Assembly: GCA_040776945.1 (NCBI GenBank)
Contig: JAXGZN010000001.1
Span: 384,001 to 448,000, forward strand
Direction of reading: 5' to 3'
DNA length: 64,000 nt
Source: Methanomassiliicoccaceae archaeon
Lineage (GTDB): Archaea > Thermoplasmatota > Thermoplasmata > Methanomassiliicoccales > Methanomassiliicoccaceae
The translations under genes and the position numbers were made by a program. The stretch's first letter is position 1. The number at the start of each line of letters is the position of its first letter. Below the pieces are notes generated by a model that was not told where the DNA came from, did no database searches, and worked only from the letters and a program-made list of their open reading frames with translations. This document shows positions 19,271-28,023 of the stretch, one piece after another.

Positions 19271-19329
19271 GTGACTCCCTGCTGAACTTTCATGGTTTTA
19301 CGTTCGTTCCTTATCATCGCAAGTTGTAT

Positions 19330-19370
19330 AAAATAAAAAATGGGAACAGGAGGAGGGTTGCTCCCTCCTC
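19330..19370 (-). terminator. Hairpin plus U-tract terminator after the mtaA-like gene
   Basis: Minus strand GAGGAGGG-agcaa-CCCTCCTC then ctgttcccattttttatttt. Confidence 0.65.
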
Positions 19371-19403
19371 ATGCTCCAAAGCGTTCTATGACCGGCGTTC
19401 CGC

Positions 19404-20504
19404 TTACTTGCAGACGACCTGGCCATACTTTTTGACCGCATCCACCTGCGCCTTGATGTTCTCAAGCTTGGTGCTAACGCCAGGGGGTACTTCGCAGTTC
19501 GAAGCGATGCAGTACTTGGACTTCAACCCTCGAGCGCATAGTGCTGTTGAGACCTCGTGGCACAGGTCCATGGTGACCTTTTCCATCTTCTCCTTGCTCC
19601 AGCGCACATATCCCTGGGGGTCGATCGTTCCACACAGGACGCAGTTGTCCGCATATCCCTTCTCTATGCAAACCTTGGCCGATGGAGAGCCGGGGATAAG
19701 CGGATAATAGGCCATGGTGTACACATCCGGCTTCATCTCCTTGACCTGGGAGTCCATATGTGGCAGGTCGGCGCAATTGTGTATCGCTAGGGCCATACCC
19801 TCCTTGCGGACCAATTCGTTGAGACCTCCAGCATATTTGTGCTGACCCTCGAACTCATGATATTCCTTGTCACCCAGGCAGGAGTATGAACCCCATAGGT
19901 AGTCCCACATGCAGGCGTTGGGCTTTGCCGTACCCATTCTCTTCACCATTTCTCTGAGGTACTCAGTAAAGACTGCCAGTGCCTTGTGGACAGCGGAGGG
20001 GTTGTTATACAAGTCCATTAGGACCTTCTCTGCCCCTGCACACTGGGTTAGGGACAGCAGCGGACCCTCCAGAAATCCCGATGTGATGGTCTCGGTCTTC
20101 AGAGCCTCCGAGAACAACCTCGTGCCTTCCACGATGACACCCGATCGGCCTTTTGATGGGTCGGGCATCTGGAGCTTCTCATAGTCCTCCGTGCTTTTTA
20201 TCACGGGAACATCCACGAAAGGAGTGTTTTGTTCATCCATGCGGACGTGTGCTCCAAAGTCGCCAGCGATGACCGAAAGGTCCATCAGGCCTATGGTGAA
20301 GTCCAGGTCGAAAGTCTTCTGTCCCTGGATAAACCCGGCAGCGAACTTCTTGGGGTCTGTAGCCCAATCCCTATATAGCATCGTGCCGTCTCCGACCGTT
20401 CGGCGGCTGACACCACAGGCGATGGGATAGGTGGTAAGCCGGTCCACCGGCTCATCTTTCAGAGATGCAACTACTCTCTCCTGGTGAGTCATTTTGTCTG
20501 CCAT
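19404..20504 (-). CDS. MtaA/CmuA (UroD-fold) methylcobamide methyltransferase family protein
   Basis: MTHQERVVASLKDEPVDR N-terminus, DLSVIAGDFGA, EGPLLSL, Zn ligands AIHNCA and IASNCEVP. Confidence 0.88.
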   Translation of the reverse strand: MADKMTHQERVVASLKDEPVDRLTTYPIACGVSRRTVGDGTMLYRDWATDPKKFAAGFIQGQKTFDLDFTIGLMDLSVIAGDFGAHVRMDEQNTPFVDVPVIKSTEDYEKLQMPDPSKGRSGVIVEGTRLFSEALKTETITSGFLEGPLLSLTQCAGAEKVLMDLYNNPSAVHKALAVFTEYLREMVKRMGTAKPNACMWDYLWGSYSCLGDKEYHEFEGQHKYAGGLNELVRKEGMALAIHNCADLPHMDSQVKEMKPDVYTMAYYPLIPGSPSAKVCIEKGYADNCVLCGTIDPQGYVRWSKEKMEKVTMDLCHEVSTALCARGLKSKYCIASNCEVPPGVSTKLENIKAQVDAVKKYGQVVCK

Positions 20505-20516
20505 GTTTTTTCCTCC

Positions 20517-21158
20517 TTATATTGAGGCCTTTACTTTGGCCACGGCCTCCTGGGCGTTCACGGCGTGAAGGTCCGCACCGATCTCTTCGGCGAACTCTTG
20601 GGAAGTGGGCGCGCCGCCAATTATGATCCTTAACTGAGCACGGAGGCCCTCCTCCACCATTGCGTCCACGGTGGCCTTCATCGAGTCCATGGTAGGGGTC
20701 ATCAGGGTGCTCATCGCAAGGACCTGTGCGTTGTTCGCCCTGGTGGTTGTGACGAAGGTGTCGGCCGGAACGTCCCTTCCGACGTCATGCACATTGAAGC
20801 CAGCGGCGGTGAACATGGTCTTCACGATGTTCTTTCCAATATCGTGGACATCCCCCTCAACAACGCCGATGACCATGTCTACCCTTTTCGCCGCTGCCTC
20901 CCTGGGAATGTGGGGCAGCAAAATGTCCAGAGCGCTGTACATCGCGTCAGCGGCGAGCAATACCTGAGGCAGGAAGATGGTGTGAGCAGCGTACTTCTCA
21001 CCAATGATCATCATCCCCTTGATCAGGCCCGAGTCAATCGCGTCGAGCGGCTTCACGCCACTGGAAATGACCTCATTGGCAATCTTGGCGGCATCCGCTT
21101 TTTTTCCGTTTACAACAGCTTGCTCCAATCCTGTCAGTATTTGGTCTTTTTTCGACAT
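20517..21158 (-). CDS. Methyltransferase cognate corrinoid protein (MtaC/MtbC-like), copy 1
   Basis: GVVEGDVHDIGKNIV, STLMTPTM, IIIGGAPTS. Confidence 0.93.
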   Translation of the reverse strand: MSKKDQILTGLEQAVVNGKKADAAKIANEVISSGVKPLDAIDSGLIKGMMIIGEKYAAHTIFLPQVLLAADAMYSALDILLPHIPREAAAKRVDMVIGVVEGDVHDIGKNIVKTMFTAAGFNVHDVGRDVPADTFVTTTRANNAQVLAMSTLMTPTMDSMKATVDAMVEEGLRAQLRIIIGGAPTSQEFAEEIGADLHAVNAQEAVAKVKASI

Positions 21159-21749
21159 ATCTTTCCATCTATCAATTCTTGGGCCCTTGTCCTCACAACA
21201 GGGCCGAGGTTTTTCCCCTTAGCTACTATGAATCCCTCGAGGACAGTTAATGATTGTTATGGATGGAGCATCCATCCATTAGTTTCTTCCTTTACTCAAC
21301 ATCTGGCAAGATTTTTCGCTCAGCCACCTTTTAACGCAGATGTGCATGTTGGAACGTAGAACGTATCTTGCTCCACGGAGCTTTCGAGATCATGCCTTCG
21401 GCTACATACGCTATCTTTCAGAGATGTTAGGCATCAATAAGTCATTGGCTCTAGGAGCTTCATTTATCATCTTGAACGCCGTTACAGATGTTTCAGTATC
21501 CTGAATCAAGAGAGCTGGAGAATGTGGCCTTAAGTGACCTGTTTATGTGAGCTAGATGTTTGGCCCATTGCCCTCTGATTGGATCGAGTGGATCCCTTGC
21601 CAGCCTTATACGTTTTAAGAGGGTCGCTGAGGTAGCAGTTTTCGATCTTCAATATGTCCTTTTGATCAAATTGGATATCGGTCATGTTTATTTTTCTAAG
21701 AGCGCCGTAACTTTCTCCCTGCCCCGATAAAATTCCCTTAAGCCATATG

Positions 21750-22298
21750 TCAACGGATCCGGGCCAGGCCTATAAGGGATCTCACCTCGTTGATATCAAG
21801 TTGCTCCTCCATCGTAACAAGGCTAAACCCTGCATAACTGCCTATTATCTCGACCTTGACGATAATGTCAGGCTGCTCCAGGTCCACGATGCCCTTCTGG
21901 ATGGGTTCGGTGAGCATCTTAACCAGGTCAAGGTTGGATCCGCCTTGGTACCTCCTTTTATTGAGCTCCATCTTCCAACGGTCACGTTCCCCGATCCTCT
22001 CGCCGAACGTTCTGGCCGCGGAGACCATGCTGTCAGGCTCGGAACTTACCCATTCTTCGATCGGCGTCCATCGATGAGTGTGACGAAAAAGCTCAGGGAA
22101 CCGCATGGCAAAGGCCCGGAGCTTCTTGGTGGCCTCTTTGCTGTCGCCGGTCACCCGGAGCAGAGCAAGGCCGCTGACCGACGATTCCATCATATCCTCG
22201 AGGACGATGCCGTTCTCCTTGAGGCGTTGGGCGATCTCCTCCTCGGCCTTCGCCTTGCTAGTGGGATGGAACGTGACGATTATGTTGTAGTCCCTCAT
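21750..22298 (-). CDS. Stand-alone THUMP-domain RNA-binding protein
   Basis: WKMELNKRRY...VDLEQPDIIVKVEIIG THUMP C-terminal pattern. Confidence 0.75.
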   Translation of the reverse strand: MRDYNIIVTFHPTSKAKAEEEIAQRLKENGIVLEDMMESSVSGLALLRVTGDSKEATKKLRAFAMRFPELFRHTHRWTPIEEWVSSEPDSMVSAARTFGERIGERDRWKMELNKRRYQGGSNLDLVKMLTEPIQKGIVDLEQPDIIVKVEIIGSYAGFSLVTMEEQLDINEVRSLIGLARIR

Positions 22299-22371
22299 CG
22301 CTGCTCCCATAATTTCATTGAGAACCTTGCGTAGATAACTCTATCGAGCTCTGAGGAGCTATCGACCGGCG

Positions 22372-22839
22372 ATGGTCGAGATCGAGGTCCGGGCCATGGG
22401 CACGGGCGATGTCCCCGATGTTCGCTCGCTGATAGAGCGTACGGTGAGAGCATCATACCGGGACGCCTACTCGGAGCGGGCGATCGAGTTCTTCATCCAC
22501 TACCACGGTGAGAACGCGATAATGAAAGATCTCCGGCATAGTACCTGCCTGGTCGCTCTTGTGCGGGGCGAGATCGTCGGCACGGCAACCCTGCGCGGCG
22601 AGAGCATCATCAGGGTTTTCGTGGAACCGGAATGGCAGGGGACCGGCATCGGAAGGGAGCTGATCGGCTCCCTGCTGGACCAGGCCAGAGCGAGCGGATC
22701 GGAGCTAGTGAAGCTGGACGCTTCATTGGTCTCGAGGACGTTCTACGAGCGACTTGGCTTCCTGGTGGTCGCCGATAGGTCCCACGATCTCGGGAACGGA
22801 CATGTCCTTCCTTATCTCAAGATGATGTTACGACTGTGA
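22372..22839 (+). CDS. GNAT family acetyltransferase
   Basis: VFVEPEWQGTGIGRELI motif A and FYERLGF. Confidence 0.88.
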   Translation: MVEIEVRAMGTGDVPDVRSLIERTVRASYRDAYSERAIEFFIHYHGENAIMKDLRHSTCLVALVRGEIVGTATLRGESIIRVFVEPEWQGTGIGRELIGSLLDQARASGSELVKLDASLVSRTFYERLGFLVVADRSHDLGNGHVLPYLKMMLRL

Positions 22840-24084
22840 CCTGTGCCTGATTGCCACGAAGAACACCGAGGCCCCGGCGGCGGTCATAAGGATGGAGAGG
22901 AACGTCACATCCCAGCCGAACTGGAAGAGCATGGCCACTGAGGTGAGGGAGCCCACTATCGCCGACAGAAGATAACCTCGACCCATGCGCATCCCCTTGC
23001 GGGAGAACTGTATCACTGACAGGTTCACCGCCAGGAAGACCATGAATATGGTGAAGTTTGCGACATTGGCGGTGAGCTCGATGCCCCCTAGGAAGGTGAA
23101 CACCAGGGACGCTCCCGTGGTTATAGCTATCGCTGACATGGGGGTCCCCCGCCCCGGGTGCACCTGCGACAAGATGCTGGGAAGGGCCGAGCGCTCGGCC
23201 ATGCCGTAGGCGATGCGCGATGAGGCGATTAGGATAATGAGCACCGTGTTCGCGGTTGCCATCAAGGCTATGGCGGACAGTAGAAGAGAGACCTCCTTTC
23301 CAGATGATGCCATGGCAACATCGGAGAGCGGAGATGTCGAGGTGGCCAGCTCATGATACGGCAGCACGCTTACCACTGAGAGGGCGGTGAGGATGTAGAG
23401 CACCGCGGTGATCAGCAGCGATAGGATGAGGGCGAGAGGTATCGTCCGGGTAGGATCCTTGGTCTCGTCACCGATCTTCACCAGACCCTCGAACCCGATG
23501 AACGCGAAGAAGATCAGGCCTACCGCGGCGATGACCCCTGACGGCCCAGCGGGCGTCTCCAGATAGTCAACATTGCCCAGGAACCCCGCGCCAAGGACGA
23601 TGACTATCACCACGCCCGCCAGCTCGATCATGGTCAGTATTACGTTCAGGATGAGCGATTCCTTGATGCCGATATAGTTGACCACCGCCATGACCAATAT
23701 GAGGACGGTGGCCCCCAGCGCGACCGGGGTGCCGGTCAGCCCATAGAGATAGCCGCCGAAGCCCAGAGCGACAGCGGACCCTGAGATGATGCTAGATATG
23801 AGGACGAGCCATCCTACTAAGAACGCCCAGAAGTTCGAGCTGAAGGCCTCCTTGACGTACACATACTCGGCCCCGCTGGACGGGAACATGGAAGCAAGCT
23901 TAGCGTAGCTCAGCCCGCTGAACAGCGCAATACCGGCGGCGATGGCGAAGGCAAGCCACACTGCGTTTCCGGCCTCGCCGGAAGCGACCCCGATGAGAGC
24001 ATACACGCCGGCGCCGAGTATCGTGCCGACCCCGTACGCCACCGCCCCGAACAGCCCGATCTCCCTGCGCAGTCCCTCTGCCAT
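22828..24084 (-). CDS. APC family amino acid permease
   Basis: LRREIGLFGAVAYGVGTILGAGVY, FFAFIGFE, ETKDPTRTIP, about 12 TM segments. Start at MAEGL. Confidence 0.9.
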   Translation of the reverse strand: MAEGLRREIGLFGAVAYGVGTILGAGVYALIGVASGEAGNAVWLAFAIAAGIALFSGLSYAKLASMFPSSGAEYVYVKEAFSSNFWAFLVGWLVLISSIISGSAVALGFGGYLYGLTGTPVALGATVLILVMAVVNYIGIKESLILNVILTMIELAGVVIVIVLGAGFLGNVDYLETPAGPSGVIAAVGLIFFAFIGFEGLVKIGDETKDPTRTIPLALILSLLITAVLYILTALSVVSVLPYHELATSTSPLSDVAMASSGKEVSLLLSAIALMATANTVLIILIASSRIAYGMAERSALPSILSQVHPGRGTPMSAIAITTGASLVFTFLGGIELTANVANFTIFMVFLAVNLSVIQFSRKGMRMGRGYLLSAIVGSLTSVAMLFQFGWDVTFLSILMTAAGASVFFVAIRHRSQS

Positions 24085-24157
24085 CGGCGGTGTAACGGGC
24101 CCATCGAATAAATACCAAGGTCCGGTTTTTTCTACTAACGATACTATATGGTCGAGC

Positions 24158-24733
24158 ATGGCGGCAGAGATGGCCCCCGGCCAGCCTACGGGCTGGTGGC
24201 GCAGGACGGTCGCAAGAGAGGCCAGGAGGAACACCATAGGTCTCGGAGAGCGCATCGGGAACATCATCGGGGTCTTCTTCGTCCTGCTGTTCTTCCTTGT
24301 CCTTATTGACGTGCAGGTGAGCGGTGTCGGCTTCTTCACGGATGGTTTCGGCCCGGAGGCGCAGTTCCTGCTGTATGGCTCCCTGCTCTACGGCATCTTT
24401 CCCGCCCTGCTGCGCGCGTTCACCGCCGATCGGAACCTGGGGCGACTGGCGGACATAGCGGGCTCGGTGTTCACCATCGCTGCAGGAGCCTATCTGTACC
24501 TGGTGTTCCCCTTCGATGTGCCGTCCCTCATTACCTACATCTTCGGGCCGGCGGGCGACGTGTTCTCCTGGGTAACCAACGATCTGATGAAGACGGTGCT
24601 TCTGTTCGCCGTTGCGGTCTCGGCGATCTCGGCGGCATACAACGTCGTTCTCTATCTATCGGTCAGGGAGGAGCTGAGGGGGCGGCGAGAGGCCGGGGCG
24701 GGAACCTCGTCGTTCGGACCCGGGCGGGCCTGA
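24158..24733 (+). CDS. Hypothetical membrane protein (about 4 TM)
   Basis: Hydrophobic segments and host-like codon usage; divergent from the permease. Confidence 0.65.
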   Translation: MAAEMAPGQPTGWWRRTVAREARRNTIGLGERIGNIIGVFFVLLFFLVLIDVQVSGVGFFTDGFGPEAQFLLYGSLLYGIFPALLRAFTADRNLGRLADIAGSVFTIAAGAYLYLVFPFDVPSLITYIFGPAGDVFSWVTNDLMKTVLLFAVAVSAISAAYNVVLYLSVREELRGRREAGAGTSSFGPGRA

Positions 24734-24769
24734 TCCGCATCATCCTTACCTACTGCGATCGGAGCCGCA

Positions 24770-25639
24770 GGTGGCCTCCTTGCTGCCTCCAGGCGCGACC
24801 CTGATCATCGCTGCCGCGCATCCCACGGCTGAATAGACGAGTACCGCTCCCGCGAGGCGATCTAACTGGCAGTCTCCGCGCCCCATGCAGCGGGGCGGAG
24901 CGTCCAGGACCGCCTTCCTGCCTTCCGGGCAGAGTACCATGAGGACGACCCTCTATGACCATGGTCTTGGGAGGCAATATATTTCGTCGGAAGGACCGAC
25001 CGCAGTGCAAACAGCGGAATAACGCTCTTCACAGCCGTAAGCTCGACCATTGTGTCATAGGCCCCTCCGGCCAGGAAAAGTAGCGCCGCTGCGGTGACGG
25101 TTATCTCAGGGCGAACACGACCTCTCTCGGGACCGGGACCGCGTGGTCCTTTAGCGGAAAGGTCGTCCTCCTCATCTCCTTGGCTGCATGACCGAGACAC
25201 AGGCGTCCCATGTGTTCCTGACACTCACCGGACCGTGCTCCATCAGGAGTCCGGTCTGCATCTTAGCCTTGTGAGCGGTCACCCCGGGCGCACTCAGCTG
25301 CGGGAGGACCGGCCGGCGATGGTCCGCCAGGTCCGCCGGACCAGTGCCCCTTATCTTGGGAACAGTCTCTTCGGTCCCGAAGGCGCCCTTGCCGACCGCG
25401 CACCGCTCATTGATGGTTCTGGCGTCCAATGTTAAAACGTACGCGTCGACGCCTTCGAGATTGACCTCAAGGGCATCCATGCTAAGCGTATGGTCCTTGA
25501 CGCTATCGCCGTGGAGCTGCGGCATGTGGTCTCCCACAATGCAGGCCAGGCATCGACCGATTATGCGTCCGCAGTTACCCTTCTATTTCCAAAAAAGGTC
25601 CCAACGGTGCCGGGGAGCGATCTCGATGGTCGTGCTCAT
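24770..25639 (-). pseudogene. hgcA: Degenerate mercury methylation corrinoid protein HgcA
   Basis: Collinear HgcA blocks across frames: PGLHCGRP; HTLSMDALEVNLEGVDAYVLTLDARTINERCAVGKGAFGTEE; HRRPVLPQLSAPGVTAH...GLLMEHGPV; AAKEMRRTTFPLKDHAVPVPREVV; then hydrophobic TM remnants with LPTK. Contains stops and frameshifts; ends are approximate. Confidence 0.82.
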
Positions 25640-26027
25640 GATCTCCGGTACGATCACACCTGCTCGAGCAGGGAGCCGGCCCTGTCCTTCATTGAGGCCG
25701 CCGTACCTTGACCTTGAGCATGTACGGGCATCAGACCGTTCCGTCCCGCTACTGTGTCACCACCGCCGACCTATCTGCCTGTTACGGTCCGAGCTTATCA
25801 CTGACGCTAATAGGCGGCACGGTCTGGCCTCGTTCGTCCATTAGATCTATGGTCTCTTTTTTCGTCTCTTTTTGCCCATAACAAGGGTCGTTCGGCAACT
25901 CGTTTTATCCTTTGACTTAGGATCGGGCCTGCTTAAGGAGGGTAAAGGGCCGTCTGTTCTCGTTGATCTGATGGCTCAGACCGGTCAAAAGTAATTTAAT
26001 ACCTCGGTCCACCTCCCTAGAGCGACC

Positions 26028-26936
26028 ATGGACGAGACCGACGTGGCCCTCTGCCGCCTGCTCATCTACAACTCCCGCATGCCCTACTCCGAGCTGGGCA
26101 AGGTCCTTGGCATCAGCGTTCAGAGCGCGCACCGCCGAGTTCAGGACCTGATCTCCAGCGGTGTCATAGCCAAGTTTCCCGCTGCGTTCTCCGGCCGGGC
26201 CTATCGGTCCACCTGGGTCCTCGTGCACGGCCGGTCCGAGGCGAACTCGGTGAACGATGTGCTGGATGAGCTGGGTCGGGACAAGGAGATGGACATGGCC
26301 ATGGTGGCCTCCGGCAATTATCTGTACGTCGGGGGCGCGGTTTTGGACCCCGGACGGGTCAACCGCTTCACCTCCTATGTCAAGAAGACCGCCCGATTGT
26401 TCCAACCCCAGATCGGCATGGTCTATAATCCTTCATTGATGGACATAGACGCGGAGGCGGTGGTATATCCCATGGACCTGAGGATCATAGAAGCGCTAAG
26501 GGACGATTCCAGGCGGCCGGTCACCGATATCGCCAAGGAACTAGGGGTGGCCCCTCGGACGATAAACAGGCACATTGAGCGGCTGATGAAGGACAACCTC
26601 GTCCATTTTGCCATCGAATGGTACCCGCAGATGTCCGGGGACATCGTCACCGCCCTGCACCTAAAGGTGCGTCACGACCGGGAGAGGGAGAAGGCGGCAG
26701 CCGCGCTCGTCCGCCGATTGGCGGCCCGTGAGATCATCACTTACAGCTTCAGCGACCGCCCCGACTCGCTCATCTGCATGGTCTGGTCGCCGAGCCTGCA
26801 GGAACTGAATGACCTTATCAGCGAACTGGAGGGCGACCGCATGTACGATGAGATCGTCCCCCATGTGATACTTAACGCCCGCTATTACGAGGGCATCAAG
26901 GGAACCGCTCCTCCCGTCCGGGGGAAGGGCCAGTAA
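26028..26936 (+). CDS. Tandem-domain Lrp/AsnC family regulator
   Basis: Two HTH units: MDETDVALCRLLIYNSRMPYSELGK and DLRIIEALRDDSRRPVTDIAKELG. Confidence 0.85.
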   Translation: MDETDVALCRLLIYNSRMPYSELGKVLGISVQSAHRRVQDLISSGVIAKFPAAFSGRAYRSTWVLVHGRSEANSVNDVLDELGRDKEMDMAMVASGNYLYVGGAVLDPGRVNRFTSYVKKTARLFQPQIGMVYNPSLMDIDAEAVVYPMDLRIIEALRDDSRRPVTDIAKELGVAPRTINRHIERLMKDNLVHFAIEWYPQMSGDIVTALHLKVRHDREREKAAAALVRRLAAREIITYSFSDRPDSLICMVWSPSLQELNDLISELEGDRMYDEIVPHVILNARYYEGIKGTAPPVRGKGQ

Positions 26937-27083
26937 GTGAAAATGGCCGATGCCCGATGTTCACTTCTTCCCATCTTCAGTTGAAGATCTTGATGTGAGA
27001 GCGGTTCTGTGGGCACCTTTTCAACCGCGACGTTGACGGAAAAGGAAGAACCGGGTCCGTTTGCTGATCCCAAGGTGAAATGA

Positions 27084-27497
27084 ATGGAACTCAGGAACAA
27101 CCTCGGAAATGGTCTCGTGGCCCTCCTGGCTCTCGTGCAGGGGGGACTGCGCACTTGCTTCGGCCTCGCCAGCGCCGGTGGGCTCGGCGTCGCCGCCCGC
27201 GACCAGGTGATGTCCATGATCGACACGCCGGTCTCCAACGAGACGATGGTGATCGCCGCCCCCTTCCTTCTGCTTGGCGCACTCGGTTTAGCATCCGCCA
27301 TCGGCCTGATCGCCCACAGGCCCTGGGGCGTGTACGGTACCGTTGCCGTATCTCTGGCCACCATAGCTTATGATATGTGGGCGACCTTGGCCATCCAGCC
27401 TTCGGCCGTGATGGGGTTCGTGGTGCCAGTTATCTGCATCGCCCACCTTGCCATGAAAAGGAATGCTGACCCCAGGTCTCGGGCGGTGAGGGCATGA
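27084..27497 (+). CDS. Hypothetical membrane protein
   Basis: AAGGTGA SD, four hydrophobic segments, ATGA-coupled to the flavodoxin gene. Confidence 0.65.
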   Translation: MELRNNLGNGLVALLALVQGGLRTCFGLASAGGLGVAARDQVMSMIDTPVSNETMVIAAPFLLLGALGLASAIGLIAHRPWGVYGTVAVSLATIAYDMWATLAIQPSAVMGFVVPVICIAHLAMKRNADPRSRAVRA

Positions 27498-28021
27498 AGG
27501 CCCTGATCGCCTTCGGCACCAAATATGGCTCCACGGCCCGCATCGCAGAGACCATAGGCGAGGAGCTCGAAGCGAAGGGGTACGATGTCGATATCGTGGA
27601 CCTGGGGAATGGACGCTGCAGGAGCGTAGATGAGTATGACCTCGTGGTCCTGGGGTCATCGATATTCATCGGGAAGTGGACCAAGGAGTCCCGGGAGTTC
27701 GTAGAGTCCTCGTCCCCGCAGCTTGCGGAGAGGAAGGTCGCAATGTTCGTGAGCTGCAGCGACGTCCTGTTCCCTGAGAAGGTCGAGGCGGCCCGCAAGA
27801 ACTACCTCGACGACATCGCGGCCGGGGTGCCGAGCCTCGGCCCGGTGGCCTTGGGCCTGTTCGGCGGAGTGATCGACTTCGACCGGTACAGCGCGATGAC
27901 CCGGTTCCTCCTTGCTGGCGTCGGCACCAAGAAAGCGCTGCGGGGGAGGGGCATAGATCCCTCGAAACCATATGATTTTAGAGATTGGGACGAGGTCCGG
28001 GCGTGGGCCCGGTCCCTCTGA
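27494..28021 (+). CDS. Flavodoxin-domain protein (HemG/Flavodoxin_5-like)
   Basis: FGTKYGSTARIAE FMN loop, YDLVVLGSSIFIGKW, DFRDWDEVRAWA. Confidence 0.85.
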   Translation: MKALIAFGTKYGSTARIAETIGEELEAKGYDVDIVDLGNGRCRSVDEYDLVVLGSSIFIGKWTKESREFVESSSPQLAERKVAMFVSCSDVLFPEKVEAARKNYLDDIAAGVPSLGPVALGLFGGVIDFDRYSAMTRFLLAGVGTKKALRGRGIDPSKPYDFRDWDEVRAWARSL

Positions 28022-28023
28022 CC

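Noticed and set aside
8684-21158. Pyrrolysine (in-frame TAG) methylamine methyltransferase hidden in the cluster
   Set aside because: All genes are full length without read-through, and no MtmB, MtbB or MttB fragments were seen. Reading through the TAG at 11526-11528 adds only about 14 residues and gives no fusion.
25172-25537. Acetyl-CoA synthase corrinoid subunit (CdhE/AcsC) fragment
   Set aside because: The N-x-x-C-A-x-G-K cap helix and downstream TM remnants fit HgcA; CdhE has an SVLTAWAA-type helix and no TM domain.
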